In this document: positions 1 through 12,709 of the stretch, piece by piece
Layout of the letters: each line of letters starts with the position of its first letter
Numbering within the stretch: position 1 is the first letter of the stretch
From: Mobula hypostoma
Lineage: Eukaryota
Length of the DNA: 64,000 bases
Direction: 5' to 3'
Assembly (NCBI RefSeq): GCF_963921235.1
Contig: NC_086097.1
Location: forward strand, 103,480,001 to 103,544,000
Notes under the pieces: generated by a model
What the model saw: only the letters and a program-made list of their open reading frames with translations
The model's database searches: none
What the model was told of the DNA's origin: nothing
Made by a program: the position numbers and the translations under genes

Positions 1-1615
1 AAGGTAAAGGAAACAAGTAGGGTAGTTATGGAAAGTATGACAATTAAAGAAGAGCAAGTACTGACACTTTTAAGGAATATAAAAGTGGTTAAGTCTCCGG
101 GTCTGGACAAGATATTACCTGGGATTTTGAGGGAAGTTAGTGTAGAAATAGCAGGGGCTCTGACAGAAATATTTCAAATGTCATTAGAAACGGGAATGGT
201 GCTGGAGGATTGGCATATTGCTCATATGGTTCCATTGTTTAAAAAGGGTCCTAAGAGTAAACCTGGCAATTATCGGCCTGTGAGTTTGACATCAGTGGTG
301 GGTAAATTGATGGAAAGTATTCTTAGAGATGGTATATATAATTTTCTGGATAGACAGGATCTGATTAGGAACAGGCAACATGGATTTGTACGTGGAAGGT
401 CATGTTTGACAAATCTTATTGAATTTTTTGATGAGGCTATTAGGAAAGTTGATGAGGTCAAAGCAGTGGATGTTGTCTATCTGGACTTCAGTAAGGCCTT
501 TGACAAGGTTCCACACGGAAGGTTGGTTAGGAAGGTTCAATGGTTAGGTATTAATATGGAAGTAGTAAAATGGATTCAGTAGTGGTGGATAACCGTGTGT
601 CAGATTGGAGGACGGTGTGTAGCGGTGTGCCTCAGGGATCTGTACTGGGTCCAATGTTTGTCATATATATTAATGATCTGGATGATGGGATGGTAAATTG
701 GATTAGTAAGTATGCAGATGATACTAAGACAGGTGGTGTTGTGGATGATGAGGTAGGTTTTCAAAACTTGCAGAGAGATTTAGGACAGAAAAGTGGGCTG
801 AAAGATGGCAGATGGAGTTTAATGCTGAAAAATGTGAGGTGCTACATTTTGGTAGGACTAATCAAAATAGGACATACATGGTAAATGGTAGGGCATTGAA
901 GAATGCTGTAGAACAGAGGGATCTAGGAATAATGGTGCATAGTTCCCTGAAGATGGAATCTCATGTGGATAGGGTGGTGAAGAAAGCTTTTGGTTTGCTG
1001 GCCTTTATTAATCAGAGCATTGAGTATAGGAGTTGGGATGTAATGTTGAATTTGTATAAGGCATTGGTAAGGCCAAATCTGGAGTATTCTGTACAGTTCT
1101 GGTCACCGAATTATAGGAAAGATGTCAATAAAATTGAGAGAGTACGGAGGAGGTTTACTAAAATGCTGCCTGGGTTTCATCTCCTAAGTTAGAGAGAAAG
1201 GTTGAACAAATTAGGTCTTTATTAAGTCTCCTCTCAACCTTCTATGCTCCAAAGAATAGAGGTGTTTAAAATTATGAGGGGGATTGATAGAGTTGACGTG
1301 GTTAGACTTTTTCCATTGAGAGTGGGGAAGATTCAAACAAGAGGGCATGGGTTGAGAATTAGAGGACAAAAGTTTAGGGGTAACATGAGGGGGAACTTTA
1401 CTCAGAGAGTGGTAGCTGTGTGGAATGAGCTTCCAGCAGAAGTGGTTGAGGCAGGTTCTATGTTGTTGTTTAAAGTTAAATTGGATAGATATATGGACAG
1501 GAAAGGAATGGAGGGTTATGGGCTGAGTGCAGGTCGGTGGGAATGAGATAGGGCAAGAGTTCGGCACAGACTAGAAGGGCCGAGATGGCCTGTTTCCGTG
1601 CTGTAATTGTTATAT
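1..1615 (+). mobile_element. CR1-clade LINE, 3' part (disrupted RT and 3' UTR)
   Basis: ORFs 28-582, 570-884, 812-1192 and 1244-1546 carry KSPGx[31 protein letters not shown] and YADD. Confidence 0.92.
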
Positions 1616-1636
1616 GGTTTTATATACACACACACA

Positions 1637-2386
1637 GGACTGAAGTGTTATATCTGAATACATGCAATATACGGAATAAAGTAGATGATCTTGTAGTGCA
1701 GTAAGAGATTGGTCGGTATGACATTGTGGGCATCACTGAATCGTGGCTGAACATCCAAACGGTGGGCAGAGGGATGGGGTGGCTCTATTGGTTAAAAATG
1801 AAATCAGCTCCTTAGGGAGAGGTGACATAGGAGTCGAAGGTTTAGAATCCTTACGGGTAGAGTTAAGAAACTGCAGTTTTGAGCTCCTTATCTAAGAAAG
1901 GAAGTGCTCACATTGGACAGAGTTCAGAGGAGGTTCACAAGAATGATTCTGTGAAGGAAAGTGTTATCATATGAGGAGCATTTGACGTCTCAGGATCTGT
2001 ACTTGCTGGAATTTCAAAGAATGAGGGGGATCTCACTGAAATCTATTGAATATTGAAAAGCCCAGAGTGGATTATGCAGAGGATGTTTCCTATAGTGGAG
2101 GAGTTTAAGACCAGAAAGCACTACTCTAGAATAGAGGGACGTCCATTTAAAACAGATGAGAAGGAATTTCATTAGCCAGAAGCTATGGAACTCGTTGCCA
2201 CCGGCAGCTGTGGAGGCCAGGTCATCGGTGTATTTAAGGTAGAGGTTTATGTGTTCTTATTTAGTCAAGGTGTGAAAGGTTATGGGGAAAAGGCAGGAGA
2301 ATAGGGTTAAGCGAGAAAATGTACCTGCCATGATGAAATGGTCGAGTGGGCTGAATCGCCTAATTCTGCTCCTATGTCTTATGGAT
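1637..2386 (+). mobile_element. Internally deleted CR1 remnant (APE start joined to the 3' end)
   Basis: Similar to 20520-20790, then to 22825-23354. Confidence 0.75.
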
Positions 2387-2551
2387 TTGCTACATTATAC
2401 AGTACGCATGGAATTGGATTTTAAATGAACACATACAGTATGGGAAGGTTAAATGAGATTATTCACTGGAATAATCAAGACAGACTGCAGATGCTCTCAA
2501 TCTGGAGCAATACAAAACGCTGGTGGAACTCAGCAGGTCTGGTAGCATCTA

Positions 2552-3472
2552 CATTTCACCTTTCATTTTCTACCTATGACCTCTAATTCTAGTCTCAACC
2601 AAACTCAGTGGAAAAAGCCTGTAAGCATTTACTTTCCCCATACCCCTCAATTTTATATCAAATCTCTCCTCATTCTCCAGCAAATAAAGTCCTAAGCTAT
2701 TCAACCTTTCCTGATGACTCAGGACCTCAAGTCCCAGCAACATCCTTGTAAATTTTCTCTGTAATCTTTCAATCATATTGATATTTCTCCTGTAGGAAGG
2801 TGACCAGAACTACACACAATACTCAAAATTAGGCCTCACCAATGTCTTATGCAACTTAACTATAACATCCCAACTCTTCTACTCAGTACATTGATTATAT
2901 GAAGGCCAGTGTACCAAAAGCTCTCTTTTACAGCCCCATCTACCTGTAACACCACTTTCAAGGAATGTCAGATCTCTATTCCCAGATTCCTTTGTACCAT
3001 TGCACTCAATGGCCTACTGTGCAATTCCTACAGTGGTTTATCCTGCCAAAGTACAGCACTTCACACTTTCCTGTGTTAAATTCCTTCTGCCATTTTTTCC
3101 AGTTAGTCCAAATCCCGCTGCAAGCTTTGATAACCTTTCTTGTCTCCTACACTTTCATTCTTGGTGTCACCTGCAAATTTGCTGATCCAGTTTACCACAT
3201 TATCCAGATTGTTGATATGGATGACAAACAACAATTGACCTGGCCCACTACTAATGATAGGTCTCCAACCATCCACAACCACTCTCCGGCTTCTCCTGTA
3301 AAGCCAATGTTGAATTCCATTTACTACCTCATCCTGAATGTTAAGTGCCTGAACCTTCTTGACAAACCTCGCATGCAGGACCTTGTCAAAGGCCTTGCTA
3401 CAGTCCATGTAGACAATATCCACTGTCTTCCACAACATACTCTTATAACACACAAGGCCATGTTGACTATCC
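2552..3472 (-). mobile_element. Decayed CR1 RT fragment; continues at 7680-7800 after a nested insertion
   Basis: Minus-strand ORFs contain YMDCSKAFDKV and SKFAGDTK. The host sequence resumes at 7680 (NYRLVNLTS in ORF 7608-7820). Confidence 0.8.
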
Positions 3473-6400
3473 ATGTTGCGTAGTTTGCGGGCTGCGGAGT
3501 GAGCCGGGAGCAGAGTGAAGACTTAAGGGCTTCGGCTCACCGGGCTTAGGCGGAAGCGGGCGAGGCGAGGAAGGTTTGACATTCATTTTCTGTTGTTATT
3601 TGAGGAGAGGGGCATTATGAGTGAGAGGGCAGTTTGCTGTTCTCGGTGTCGGATGTGGGAGGCCCTGGAGTCTCCAAGCCTCCCGGACGTCTACATCTGT
3701 GCCAAGTGCATCGAGATGCAGCTCCTAAGGGACCGCGTTACGGAACTGGAGCTGCAGCTCGATGACCTTCGTCTGGTCAGGGAGAGTGAGGAGGTGATAG
3801 AGAGGAGTGGAAGGCAGGTGGTCACGCCGGGGCCACGGGAGGCAGACAAGTGGGTCACGGTTAGGAGGGGGAAGGGGAAAAGTCAGGTGATGGGGAGTAC
3901 CCCGGTGGCTGTGCCCCTTAACAATAGGTACTCCTGTTTGAGTACTGTTGGGGGGGACAGCTTACCCGGGGGAAGCGACAGTGGCCGTGCCTCCGGCACA
4001 GAGTCTGGCCCTGTAGCTCAGAAGGTTAGGGCAAGGAAGAGGAGGGCAGTTGTGATAGAGGACTTGATAGTAAGGGGGTCAGATAGGCGATTCTGTGGAC
4101 GCAGTCCAGAGACCCGGATGGTAGTTTGCCTCCCTGGTGCCAGGGTCCGGGATATTTCTGATCGTGTCCAAGATATCCTGAAGTGAGAGGGTGAGGAGCC
4201 AGAGGTCGTGGTACATATAGGTACCAATGACATAGGTAGGAAAAGGGATGAGGTCCTGAAAGGAGAATATAGGGAGCTAGGAAGGGAGTTGAGAAAAAGG
4301 ACCGCAAAGGTAGTAATCTCGAGATTACTGCCTGTGCCACGCGACAGTGAGAGTAGGAATGCGATGAGGTGGAGGATAAATGCGTGGCTGAGGGATTGGA
4401 GCAGGGGGCAGGGATTCAAGTTTTTGGATCATTGGGACCTCTTTTGGCGCAGGCGTGACCTGTACAAAAAGGACGGTTTACACTTGAATCCTAGGGGGAC
4501 CAATATCCTGGCAGGGAGATTAGCAGGGGCTACTGAGGTGACTTTAAACTAGAATGGTTGGGGGGTGGGAATCAAATTAAAGAGGCTAGGTGTGAGGAGG
4601 TTAGTTCACAACAGAGGGATGGGAACCAGTGCAGAGAGACAGAGGGGTGTAAAGTGAGGGTAGAAGCAAAAAGTACAAAGGAGAAAAGTAAAAGTGGCAA
4701 GCCGACAAATCCAGGGCAAGCATTAAAAAGGGCCACTTTTCAACATAATTGTATAAGGGCTATGAGAGTTGTAAAAGAGCGCCTGAAGGCTTTATGTGTC
4801 AATGCAAGAAGCATTCGTAATAAGGTGGATGAATTGAAAGTGCAGATTGTTATTAATGATTATGATATAGTTGGGATCACAGAGACATGGCTCCAGGGTG
4901 ACCAGGGATGGGAGCTCAACGTTCAGGGATATTCAATATTCAGGAGGGATAGACATGAAGGAAGGGGAGGTGGGGTGGCGTTGCTGGTTAAAGAAGAGAT
5001 TAACGCAATAGAAAGGAAGGACATAAGCCGGGAAGATGTGGAATCGATATGGGTAGAGCTGCGTAACACTACGGGGCAGAAGACGCTGGTGGGAGTTGTG
5101 TACAGGCCACCTAACAGTAGTAGTGAGGTCGGAGATGGTATTAAACAGGAAATTAGAAATGTGTGCAATAAAGGAACAGCAGTTATAATGGGTGACTTCA
5201 ATCTACATGTAGACTGGGTGAACCAAATTGGTAAAGGTGCTGAGGAAGAGGATTTCTTGGAATGTATGCGGGATGGTTTTTTGAACCAACATGTCGAGGA
5301 ACCAACTAGAGAGCAGGCTATTCTGGACTGGGTTTTGAGCAATGAGGAAGGGTTAATTAGCGATCTTGTCGTGAGAGGCCCCTTGGGTAAGAGTGACCAT
5401 AATATGGTGGAATTCTTCATTAAGATGGAGAGTGACATAGTTAATTCAGAAACAAAGGTTCTGAACTTAAAGAGGGGTAACTTTGAAGGTATGAGATGTG
5501 AATTAGCTAAGATAGACTGGCAAATGACACTTAAAGGATTGACGGTGGATATGCAATGGCAAGCATTTAAAGATTGCATGGATGAACTACAACAATTGTT
5601 CATCCCAGTTTGGCAAAAGAATAAATCAAGGAAGGTAGTGCACCTGTGGCTGACAAGAGAAATTAGGGATAGTATCAATTCCAAAGAAGAAGCATACAAA
5701 TTAGCCAGAGAAAGTGGCTCACCTGAGGACTGGGAGAAATTCAGAGTTCAGCAGAGGAGGACAAAGGGCTTAATTAGGAAGGGGAAAAAAGATTATGAGA
5801 GAAAACTGGCAGGGAACATAAAAATGGACTGTAAAAGCTTTTATAGATATGTAAAAAGGAAAAGACTGGTAAAGACAAATGTAGGTCCCCTGCAGACAGA
5901 AACAGGTGAATTGATTATGGGGAGCAAGGACATGGCAGATCAATTGAATAATTACTTTGGTTCTGTCTTCACTAAGGAGGACATAAATTATCTTCCAGAA
6001 ATAGTAAGGGACGGAGGAACTGAGCGAAATACATGTTAGTAGGGAAGTGGTGTTAGGGAAGTGGTGTTAGGTAAATTGAAGGGATTGAAGGCAGATAAAT
6101 CCCCAGGGCCAGATGGTCTGCATCCTAGAGTGCTTAAGGAAGTAGCCCAAGAAATAGTGGATGCATTAGTGATAATTTTTCAAAACTCGTTAGATTCTGG
6201 ACTAGTTCCTGAGGATTGGAGGGTGGCTAATGTAACCCCACTTTTTAAAAAAGGAGGGAGAGAGAAACCGGGGAATTATAGACTGGTTAGCCTAACGTCG
6301 GTGGTGGGGAAACTGCTGGAGTCAGTTATCAAGGATGTGATAACAGCACATTTGGAAAGCGGTGAAATGATCGGACAATGTCAGCATGGATTTGTGAAAG

Positions 6401-7679
6401 GAAAATCATGTCTGACGAATCTCATAGAATTTGTTGAGGATGTAACCAGTAGAGTGGATAGGGGAGAACCAGTGGATGTGGTATATTTGGATTTTCAAAA
6501 GGCTTTTGACAAGGTCCCACACAGGAGATTAGTGTGCAAACTTAAAGCACACGGTATTGGGGGTAAGATATTGGTGTGGGTGGAGAATTGGTTAGCAGAC
6601 AGGAAGCAAAGAGTGGGAATAAATGGGACCTTTTCAGAATGGCAGGCGGTGACTAGTGGGGTACCGCAAGGCTCAGTGCTGGGACCCCAGTTTGTTTACA
6701 ATATATATTAATGACTTGGATGAGGGAATTAAATGCAGCATCTCCAAGTTTGCGGATGACACGAAGCTGGGTGGCAGTGTTAGCAGTGAGGAGGATGCTA
6801 AGAGGATGCAGGGTGACTTGGATAGGTTGGGTGAGTGGGCAAATTCATGGCAGATGCAATTTAATGTGGATAAATGTGAAGTTATCCACTTTGGTGGCAA
6901 AAATAGGAAAACAGATTATTATCTGAATGGTGGCCGATTAGGAAAAGGGGAGGTGCAACGAGACCTGGGTGTCATTATACACCAGTCATTGAAAGTGGGC
7001 ATGCAGGTACAGCAGGCGGTGAAAAAGGCGAATGGTATGCTGGCATTTATAGCGAGAGGATTCGAGTACAGGAGCAGGGAGGTACTACTGCAGTTGTACA
7101 AGGCCTTGGTGAGACCACACCTGGAGTATTGTGTGCAGTTTTGGTCCCCTAATCTGAGGAAAGACATCTTTGCCATAGAGGGAGTACAAAGAAGGTTCAC
7201 CAGATTGATTCCTGGGATGGCAGGACTTTCATATGAAGAAAGACTGGATGAACTGGGCTTGTACTCGTTGGAATTTAGAAGATTGAGGGGGGATCTGATT
7301 GAAACGTATAAGATCCTAAAGGGATTGGACAGGCTAGATGCAGGAAGATTGTTCCCGATGTTGGGGAAATCCAGAACGAGGGGCCACCATTTGAGGATAG
7401 AGGGGAAGCCTTTTAGGACCGACATTAGGAAAAACTTCTTCACACAGAGAGTGGTGAATCTGTGGAATTCTCTGCCACAGGAAACTGTTGAGGCCAGTTC
7501 ATTGGCTATATTTAAGAGGGAGTTAGATATGGCCCTTGTGGCTACGGGGGTCAGGGGGTATGGAGGGAAGGCTGGGGCGGGGTTCTGAGTTGGATGATCA
7601 GCCATGATCATAATAAATGGCGGTGCAGGCTCGAAGGGCCGAATGGCCTACTCCTGCACCTATTTTCTATGTTTCTATG
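3473..7679 (+). mobile_element. Near full-length, young CR1 LINE: ORF1 (3617-4552; Zn-finger, leucine zipper, SGNH esterase) and ORF2 (4558-7588; APE endonuclease and RT)
   Basis: ORF1 has CxxC..CxxC, VHIGTND and DGLHLN with one in-frame TGA at 4184. ORF2 has NARS, ITETW, GDFN, SDH, QGSVLGP and FADD. The 3' end is (TTTCTATG)x2. Confidence 0.95.
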
Positions 7680-10600
7680 CCTAATCAGTCTCTGTCTATC
7701 CAAATATTTATATATCTGGTCTCTCAGAGTAACTCCCTCTATTGATGTCAGGTTCACCAGCCTATAATTTCCTGGCTTATTATTAGAGCCTTTATTAAAG
7801 AAACACCTGACCAGGTTCATTTCCCACTACCAGTAATCTCGGGATTACTGCCTGTGCCACCCGACAGTGAGAATAGGAATAGAATGAGGTGGAGGATAAA
7901 TGCGTAGCTGAGGGATTGGAGCAGGGGGCAGGGATTCAGATTTCTGGATCATTTGGACCTCTTTTGGGGCAGGTGTGATCTGTACAAAAAGGACGGGTTG
8001 CACTTGAATCCCAGGGGGACCAATATCCTGGAGGGGAGGTTTGCTAAGGCTACTGCGGAGAGTTTAAACTAGAATTGTTTGGGGGGTGGGAACCAAAGTG
8101 AAGAGACTGGAGAAGAGGAGGTTGGCTCACAAATAGAGAAAGCTTGGAGACAGTGTGTGAGGGAGGATAGGCAGGTGATAGAGAAGGGACGCGCTCAGAC
8201 CAAAAGGTCTGAGATGTGTATTTTAACGCAAGGACTGTTGTGAACAAAGCAGATGAGCTTAGAGTGTGGATCAGTACTTGGTATGATGTGGTGGCCATTA
8301 CAGAGACGTGGATGCCTCAGGGACAGGAATGGTTACTTCAAGTGCCGGGTTTTAGATGTTTCAGAAAGGACAGGGAGGGAGGGAAAAGAGTTGGGGATCA
8401 GAAATAGTGTCACGGCTGCAGAAAAAATGGACGCCATAGAGGGATTGTCTACAGAGTCTCTGTGGGTGGTGGTTAGATACAGGAATGGGTCAATAACTTT
8501 ACTGGGTGTTTTTTATAGGCTGCCCAATAGTAACAGGGATATCGAGGAGCAGATAGGAAAACAAATCCTGGAAAGGTGTAGTAATAATAACAGAGTTGTT
8601 GTGATGGGAGATTTTAATTTCCCAAATATCGATCGGCATCTCCCTACAGCAAGGGGTTTAGATAGGGTAGAGTTTGGTAGGTGTGTTCAGGAAGGTTTCT
8701 TGACACAATATGTAGATATGTAGCCTGTAAGAGGAGAGGCTGTACTTGATTTGGTATTGGGAAATGAACCTGGTCAGGTGTCAGATCTCTCAGTGGAAGA
8801 GCATTCTGGAGATAGTGATCACAATTCCATCTCCTTTACAATAGCATTAGAGAGAGATAGGAACAGACAAGTTAGAAAAGTGTTTAAATGGAGTAAGGGG
8901 AATTATGAGGCTATCAGGCAGGAAATTGGAAGCTTAAATTGGAAACACATGTTCTCAGGGGAAAGTACTGAAGAAATGTGGCATATGTTCAGGGGTATTT
9001 GTGTGGAGTTCTGCATAGGTACGTTCCAATGAAACAGGGAAGTTATGGTAGGGTACAGGAACTGTGGTGTACAAAGGCTGTAATAAATCTGGTCAAGAAG
9101 AAAAGAAAAGCTTACAAAAGGTTCAGAGAGCTAGGTAATGTTAGAGATCTAGAAGATTATAAGGCTAATAGGAAGGAGCTTAAGGAGGAAAGGGGCCATG
9201 ACAGCCAAAAGGGGCCATGAGAAGGCCTTGGCGGGCAGGATTAAAGAAAACCCCAAGGCATTCCAGAAGTATAGGAAGAGCAAGAGGATAAAATGTGAAA
9301 GAATAGGACCTATCAAGTGTGACAGTGGGGAAGTGTGTATGGAACCAGAGGAAATAGCAGAGGTACTTAATGAATACTTTACTTCAGTATTCACTGTGGA
9401 AAAGGATCTTGGTGATTGTAGTGATGACTTGCAGCAGACTGAAAAGCTTGAGCATGTAGATATTAAGAAAGAGGATGTGCTGGAGCTTTTGGAAAGCATC
9501 AAGTTGGATAAGTCACCGGGACCAGATGAGATGTTCCCCAGGCTACTGTGGGAGGTGAGGGAGGAGATTGCTGAGCCTCTGGCAATGATTTTTGCATCAT
9601 CAATGGGAACGGGAGAGGTTCCAGAGGATTGGAGGGTTGCAGATGTTGTTCCTTTGTTCAAGAAAGGGAGTAGAGATAGCCCAGCAAATTATAGACCAGT
9701 GAATCTTACCTCAATGGTTGGTAAGTTGATGGAGAAGATCCTGAGAGGCAGGATTTATGAACATTTGGAGAGGTGTAATATGATTAGGAATAGTCAGCAT
9801 GGCTTTGTCTCACGGGCCTGATTGAATTTTTTGAGGATGTGACTAAACACATTGATGAAGGAAGAGCAGTAGGTGTAGTGTATATGGATTTCAGCAAGGC
9901 ATTTGAGAAGGTACCCCATGCAAGGCTTATTGAGAAAGTAAGGAGGCATGGGATCGAAGGGGACATTGCTTTGTGGATCCAGAACTGGCTTGCCCACAGA
10001 AGACTAAGAGTGGTTGTAGACGGGTCATATTCTGCATGGAGGTCAGTCACCAGTGGAGTGCCTCAGGGATCTGTTCTGGGACCCTTATTCTTCATGATTT
10101 TTATAAATGACCTGGATGAGGATGTGGAGGAATGGGTTAGTAAATTTGCTGATGACACAAAGGTTGGAGGTGTTGTGGATAGTATGGAGGGCTGTCAGAG
10201 GTTACAGTGGGACATTGATAGGATGCAAAACTGGGCTGAGAAGTAGCAGATGGAGTTCAACCCAGGTAAGTGTGAAGTGGTTCAGTTTGGTAGGTCAAAT
10301 ATGATGGCAGAATATAGTATTAATGGTTAGACTCTTGCCAGTGTGGAGGATCAGAGGGATCTTGGGGTCCGAGTCCATAGGACGCTCAAAGCAGCTGTGC
10401 AGGTTGACTCTGTGGTTAAGAAGGTGGATTAGCCTTCATCAATCGTGGGATTGAATTTAGGAGCCGAGAGGTAACGTTGCAGCTATGTAGGACCCAGGTC
10501 AGGCCCCACTTGGAATACTGTGCTCAGTTCTGGTCACTTCACTACAGGAAGGATGTGGAAGCCACAGAAAGGGTGCAGAGCAGATTTACAAGGATGTTAC

Positions 10601-10923
10601 CTGGATTAGGGAGCATGCCTTATGAAAATAGGTTGAGTGAACTTGGCCTTTTCTCCTTGGAGTGACAGAGGATGAGAAGCATTGATTGTGTGGATAGTCA
10701 GAGGCTTTTTCCCAGGGCTGAAATGGTTGCCACAAGAGGACATATGTTTAAGGTCCTGGGGAGTAGGTACAGAGGAAATGTCAGGGGTAAGTTTTTAACT
10801 CAGAGAGTGGTGAGTGCGTGGAATGGGCTGCCGGCAACGGTGGTGGAGGCGGATACGATAGGGTCTTTTAAGAGAGTCCAGGATGGGGACATGGAGCTTA
10901 GAAAAATAGAGGGCTATAGGTAA

Positions 10924-11705
10924 TTCAGGGCCCCAAACAGTCCTTCCAGATGAGGCAACACTTCACCTGTGAGTCGACTGGGGTGATATACTGCGTCCGG
11001 TGCTCCCGATGTGGCCTTCCATATATTGGCGAGACCCGACGCAGACTGGGAGACCGCTTTGCTGAACATCTACGCTCTGTCCGCCAGAGAAAGCAGGATC
11101 TCCCAGTGGCCACACATTTTAATTCCACATCCCATTCCCATTCTGACATGTCTATCCACGGCCTCCTCTACTGTAAAGATGAAGCCACACTCAGGTTGGA
11201 GGAACAACACCTTATATTCCATCTGGGTAGCCTCCAACCTGATGGCATGAACATCGACTTCTCTAACTTCCGCTAAGGCCCCACCTCCCCCTCGTACCCC
11301 ATCTGTTACTCATTTTTATGCACACATTCTTTCTCTCACTCTCCTTTTTCTCCCTCTGTCCCTCTGAATATACCTCTTGCCCATCCTCTGGGTCCCCCAC
11401 CCCCTTGTCTTTCTTCCCAGACCTCCTGTCCCATGATCCTCTCATATCCCCTTTTGCCTATCACCTGTCCAGCTCTTGGCTCTATCCCTCCCCCTCCTGT
11501 CTTCTCCTATCATTTTGGATCTCCCCCTCCCCCTCCAACTTTCAAATCCCTTACTCACTCTTCCTTCAGTTAGTCCTGACGAAGGGTCTCGGCCTGAAAC
11601 GTCGACTGCACCTCTTCCTACAGATGCTGCTTGGCCTGCTGCGTTCACCAGCAACTTTGATGTGTGTTGCTTGAATTTCCAGCATTTGCAGAATTCCTGT
11701 TGTTT
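10924..11705 (+). mobile_element. 5'-truncated Penelope-like element (Neptune type): GIY-YIG endonuclease and terminal repeat
   Basis: ORF 10950-11276 reads GVIYCVRCSRCGLPYIGETRRRLGDRFAEH...EQHLI. Flanked by a perfect 13-bp TSD GGGCTATAGGTAA (10911-10923 and 11706-11718). Confidence 0.92.
11572..11607 (+). ncRNA. Minimal type I hammerhead ribozyme motif in the Penelope terminal repeat
   Basis: AGTC-CTGACGA-A-GGGT(CTCG)GCCT-GAAA-CG-TC-GACT. Core boxes are intact, helix I is AGTC/GACT, helix III is the palindromic ACGT, and the predicted cut is after C11603. Confidence 0.8.
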
Positions 11706-12349
11706 GGGCTATAGGTAAGCCTAGTAATTTCTAAGGTAGGGACATGTTTGGCACAACTTTGTGGGCCGAAGGGCCTGTATTGTGCTGTAGGGTTTCTATG
11801 TTTCTAAACAACACGAGCTATCCTCCGGCATCAGCTCTTAGTCCCCCTCCAGTTGCCAGCAACCGCCCATCTGTACCAGTCCCACCTTCCCTGGAAGAGA
11901 GCCCAATGATCTAAAAACCTGAAGCCCTCACTCCTGCACCATTTCCTTACCCATGTGTTAAACTAGAATTTTCTTATTTCTGGCCTCACTAGCATGAGTA
12001 GCAATTCTGAGATCATAACCCAAGAATGGGGGCAGGGGCAGCAGAGGCAAGGAAGCCTATGAAGGATAAATAAACCAAATGACTCTAGGCCATAGCAGAA
12101 GTGTTCCAGGAGAACTGTGCGAACGACTTACTCTGTACTAGTACAGCGTCACCACCTACTGGGAATAGTATCATGGGATTAAGAAGTTCTGCAAATATAG
12201 ACTTAGAGATGACAGGATAGACTGTGGATAGATTCTCATTGATGATTTTAGGCAAAGGCACTGTATGCAAAGCGAAAAAATCAAACCAATGGGTTGAAAT
12301 CTGGAACTTTTAAAGACATTGAAGTTCAGCAATTAATTTATAAATTCTG

Positions 12350-12618
12350 GGATGCCATCCTAGAGTAGCAGTTAGTGCAAAGCTATTAAAGCTCGGCGTT
12401 GGAGTTCAGTTCTGGTGCCAATTGTAACGAGTTTGTACATTCTCCACTTGACCATGTCATTTTCTACCTGATGCTCCACTTTCCTCCCACAGTCCAAAGA
12501 ATTACTGGTTGTTAGGTAAATTAAATTGTCCTATGGTTAATCTAGGTGGTTGCTCGGTGGCGCAGCACGTTAGGCCAGTAGGGCCTGTTCCACACTATGT
12601 CTAAATATACAGAATAAA
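12350..12618 (+). mobile_element. tRNA-derived V-SINE (HE1-like) with a CR1-type 3' tail, decayed
   Basis: Contains GAGTTTGTACATTCTCC...TGCTCCACTTTCCTCCCACAGTCCAAAG (V-domain-like) and a GGGCCTGTTCC tail. Confidence 0.65.
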
Positions 12619-12635
12619 TGCGTTGTTCACCTTAC

Positions 12636-12709
12636 CCTTTCACCCTCCACACTGATGCAGCAGAAATCCCTGGGTTGATTGAGACCAGCGGTATCCATCA
12701 CAAGGTAAA
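12636..12709 (-). CDS. STARD9: STARD9 START-domain exon (74 nt, phase 1-0): VYLVMDTAGLNQPRDFCCISVEGER
   Basis: Acceptor tttcctcctAG|TTTAC and donor AGG|GTAAGG. Contains the START PRDF motif. Later exons are not in the window. Confidence 0.92.

Larger units (their letters stand above)
7832..11807 (+). mobile_element. 5'-truncated CR1 LINE of a second subfamily (end of ORF1, then disrupted ORF2), interrupted by a Penelope insertion
   Basis: APE and RT ORF fragments between 8216 and 10923. 3' tail TTTCTATGTTTCTA near 11794-11807. Confidence 0.92.

Noticed and set aside
4018..7611. Minus-strand ORFs of 100-258 aa over the CR1 (similarly at 9149-9661 and 19587-20283)
   Set aside because: Antisense shadows of LINE ORFs with no independent motifs.
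12085..12270. 61-aa minus-strand ORF as the next START exon
   Set aside because: No similarity to the expected START C-terminal sequence and no convincing splice sites.
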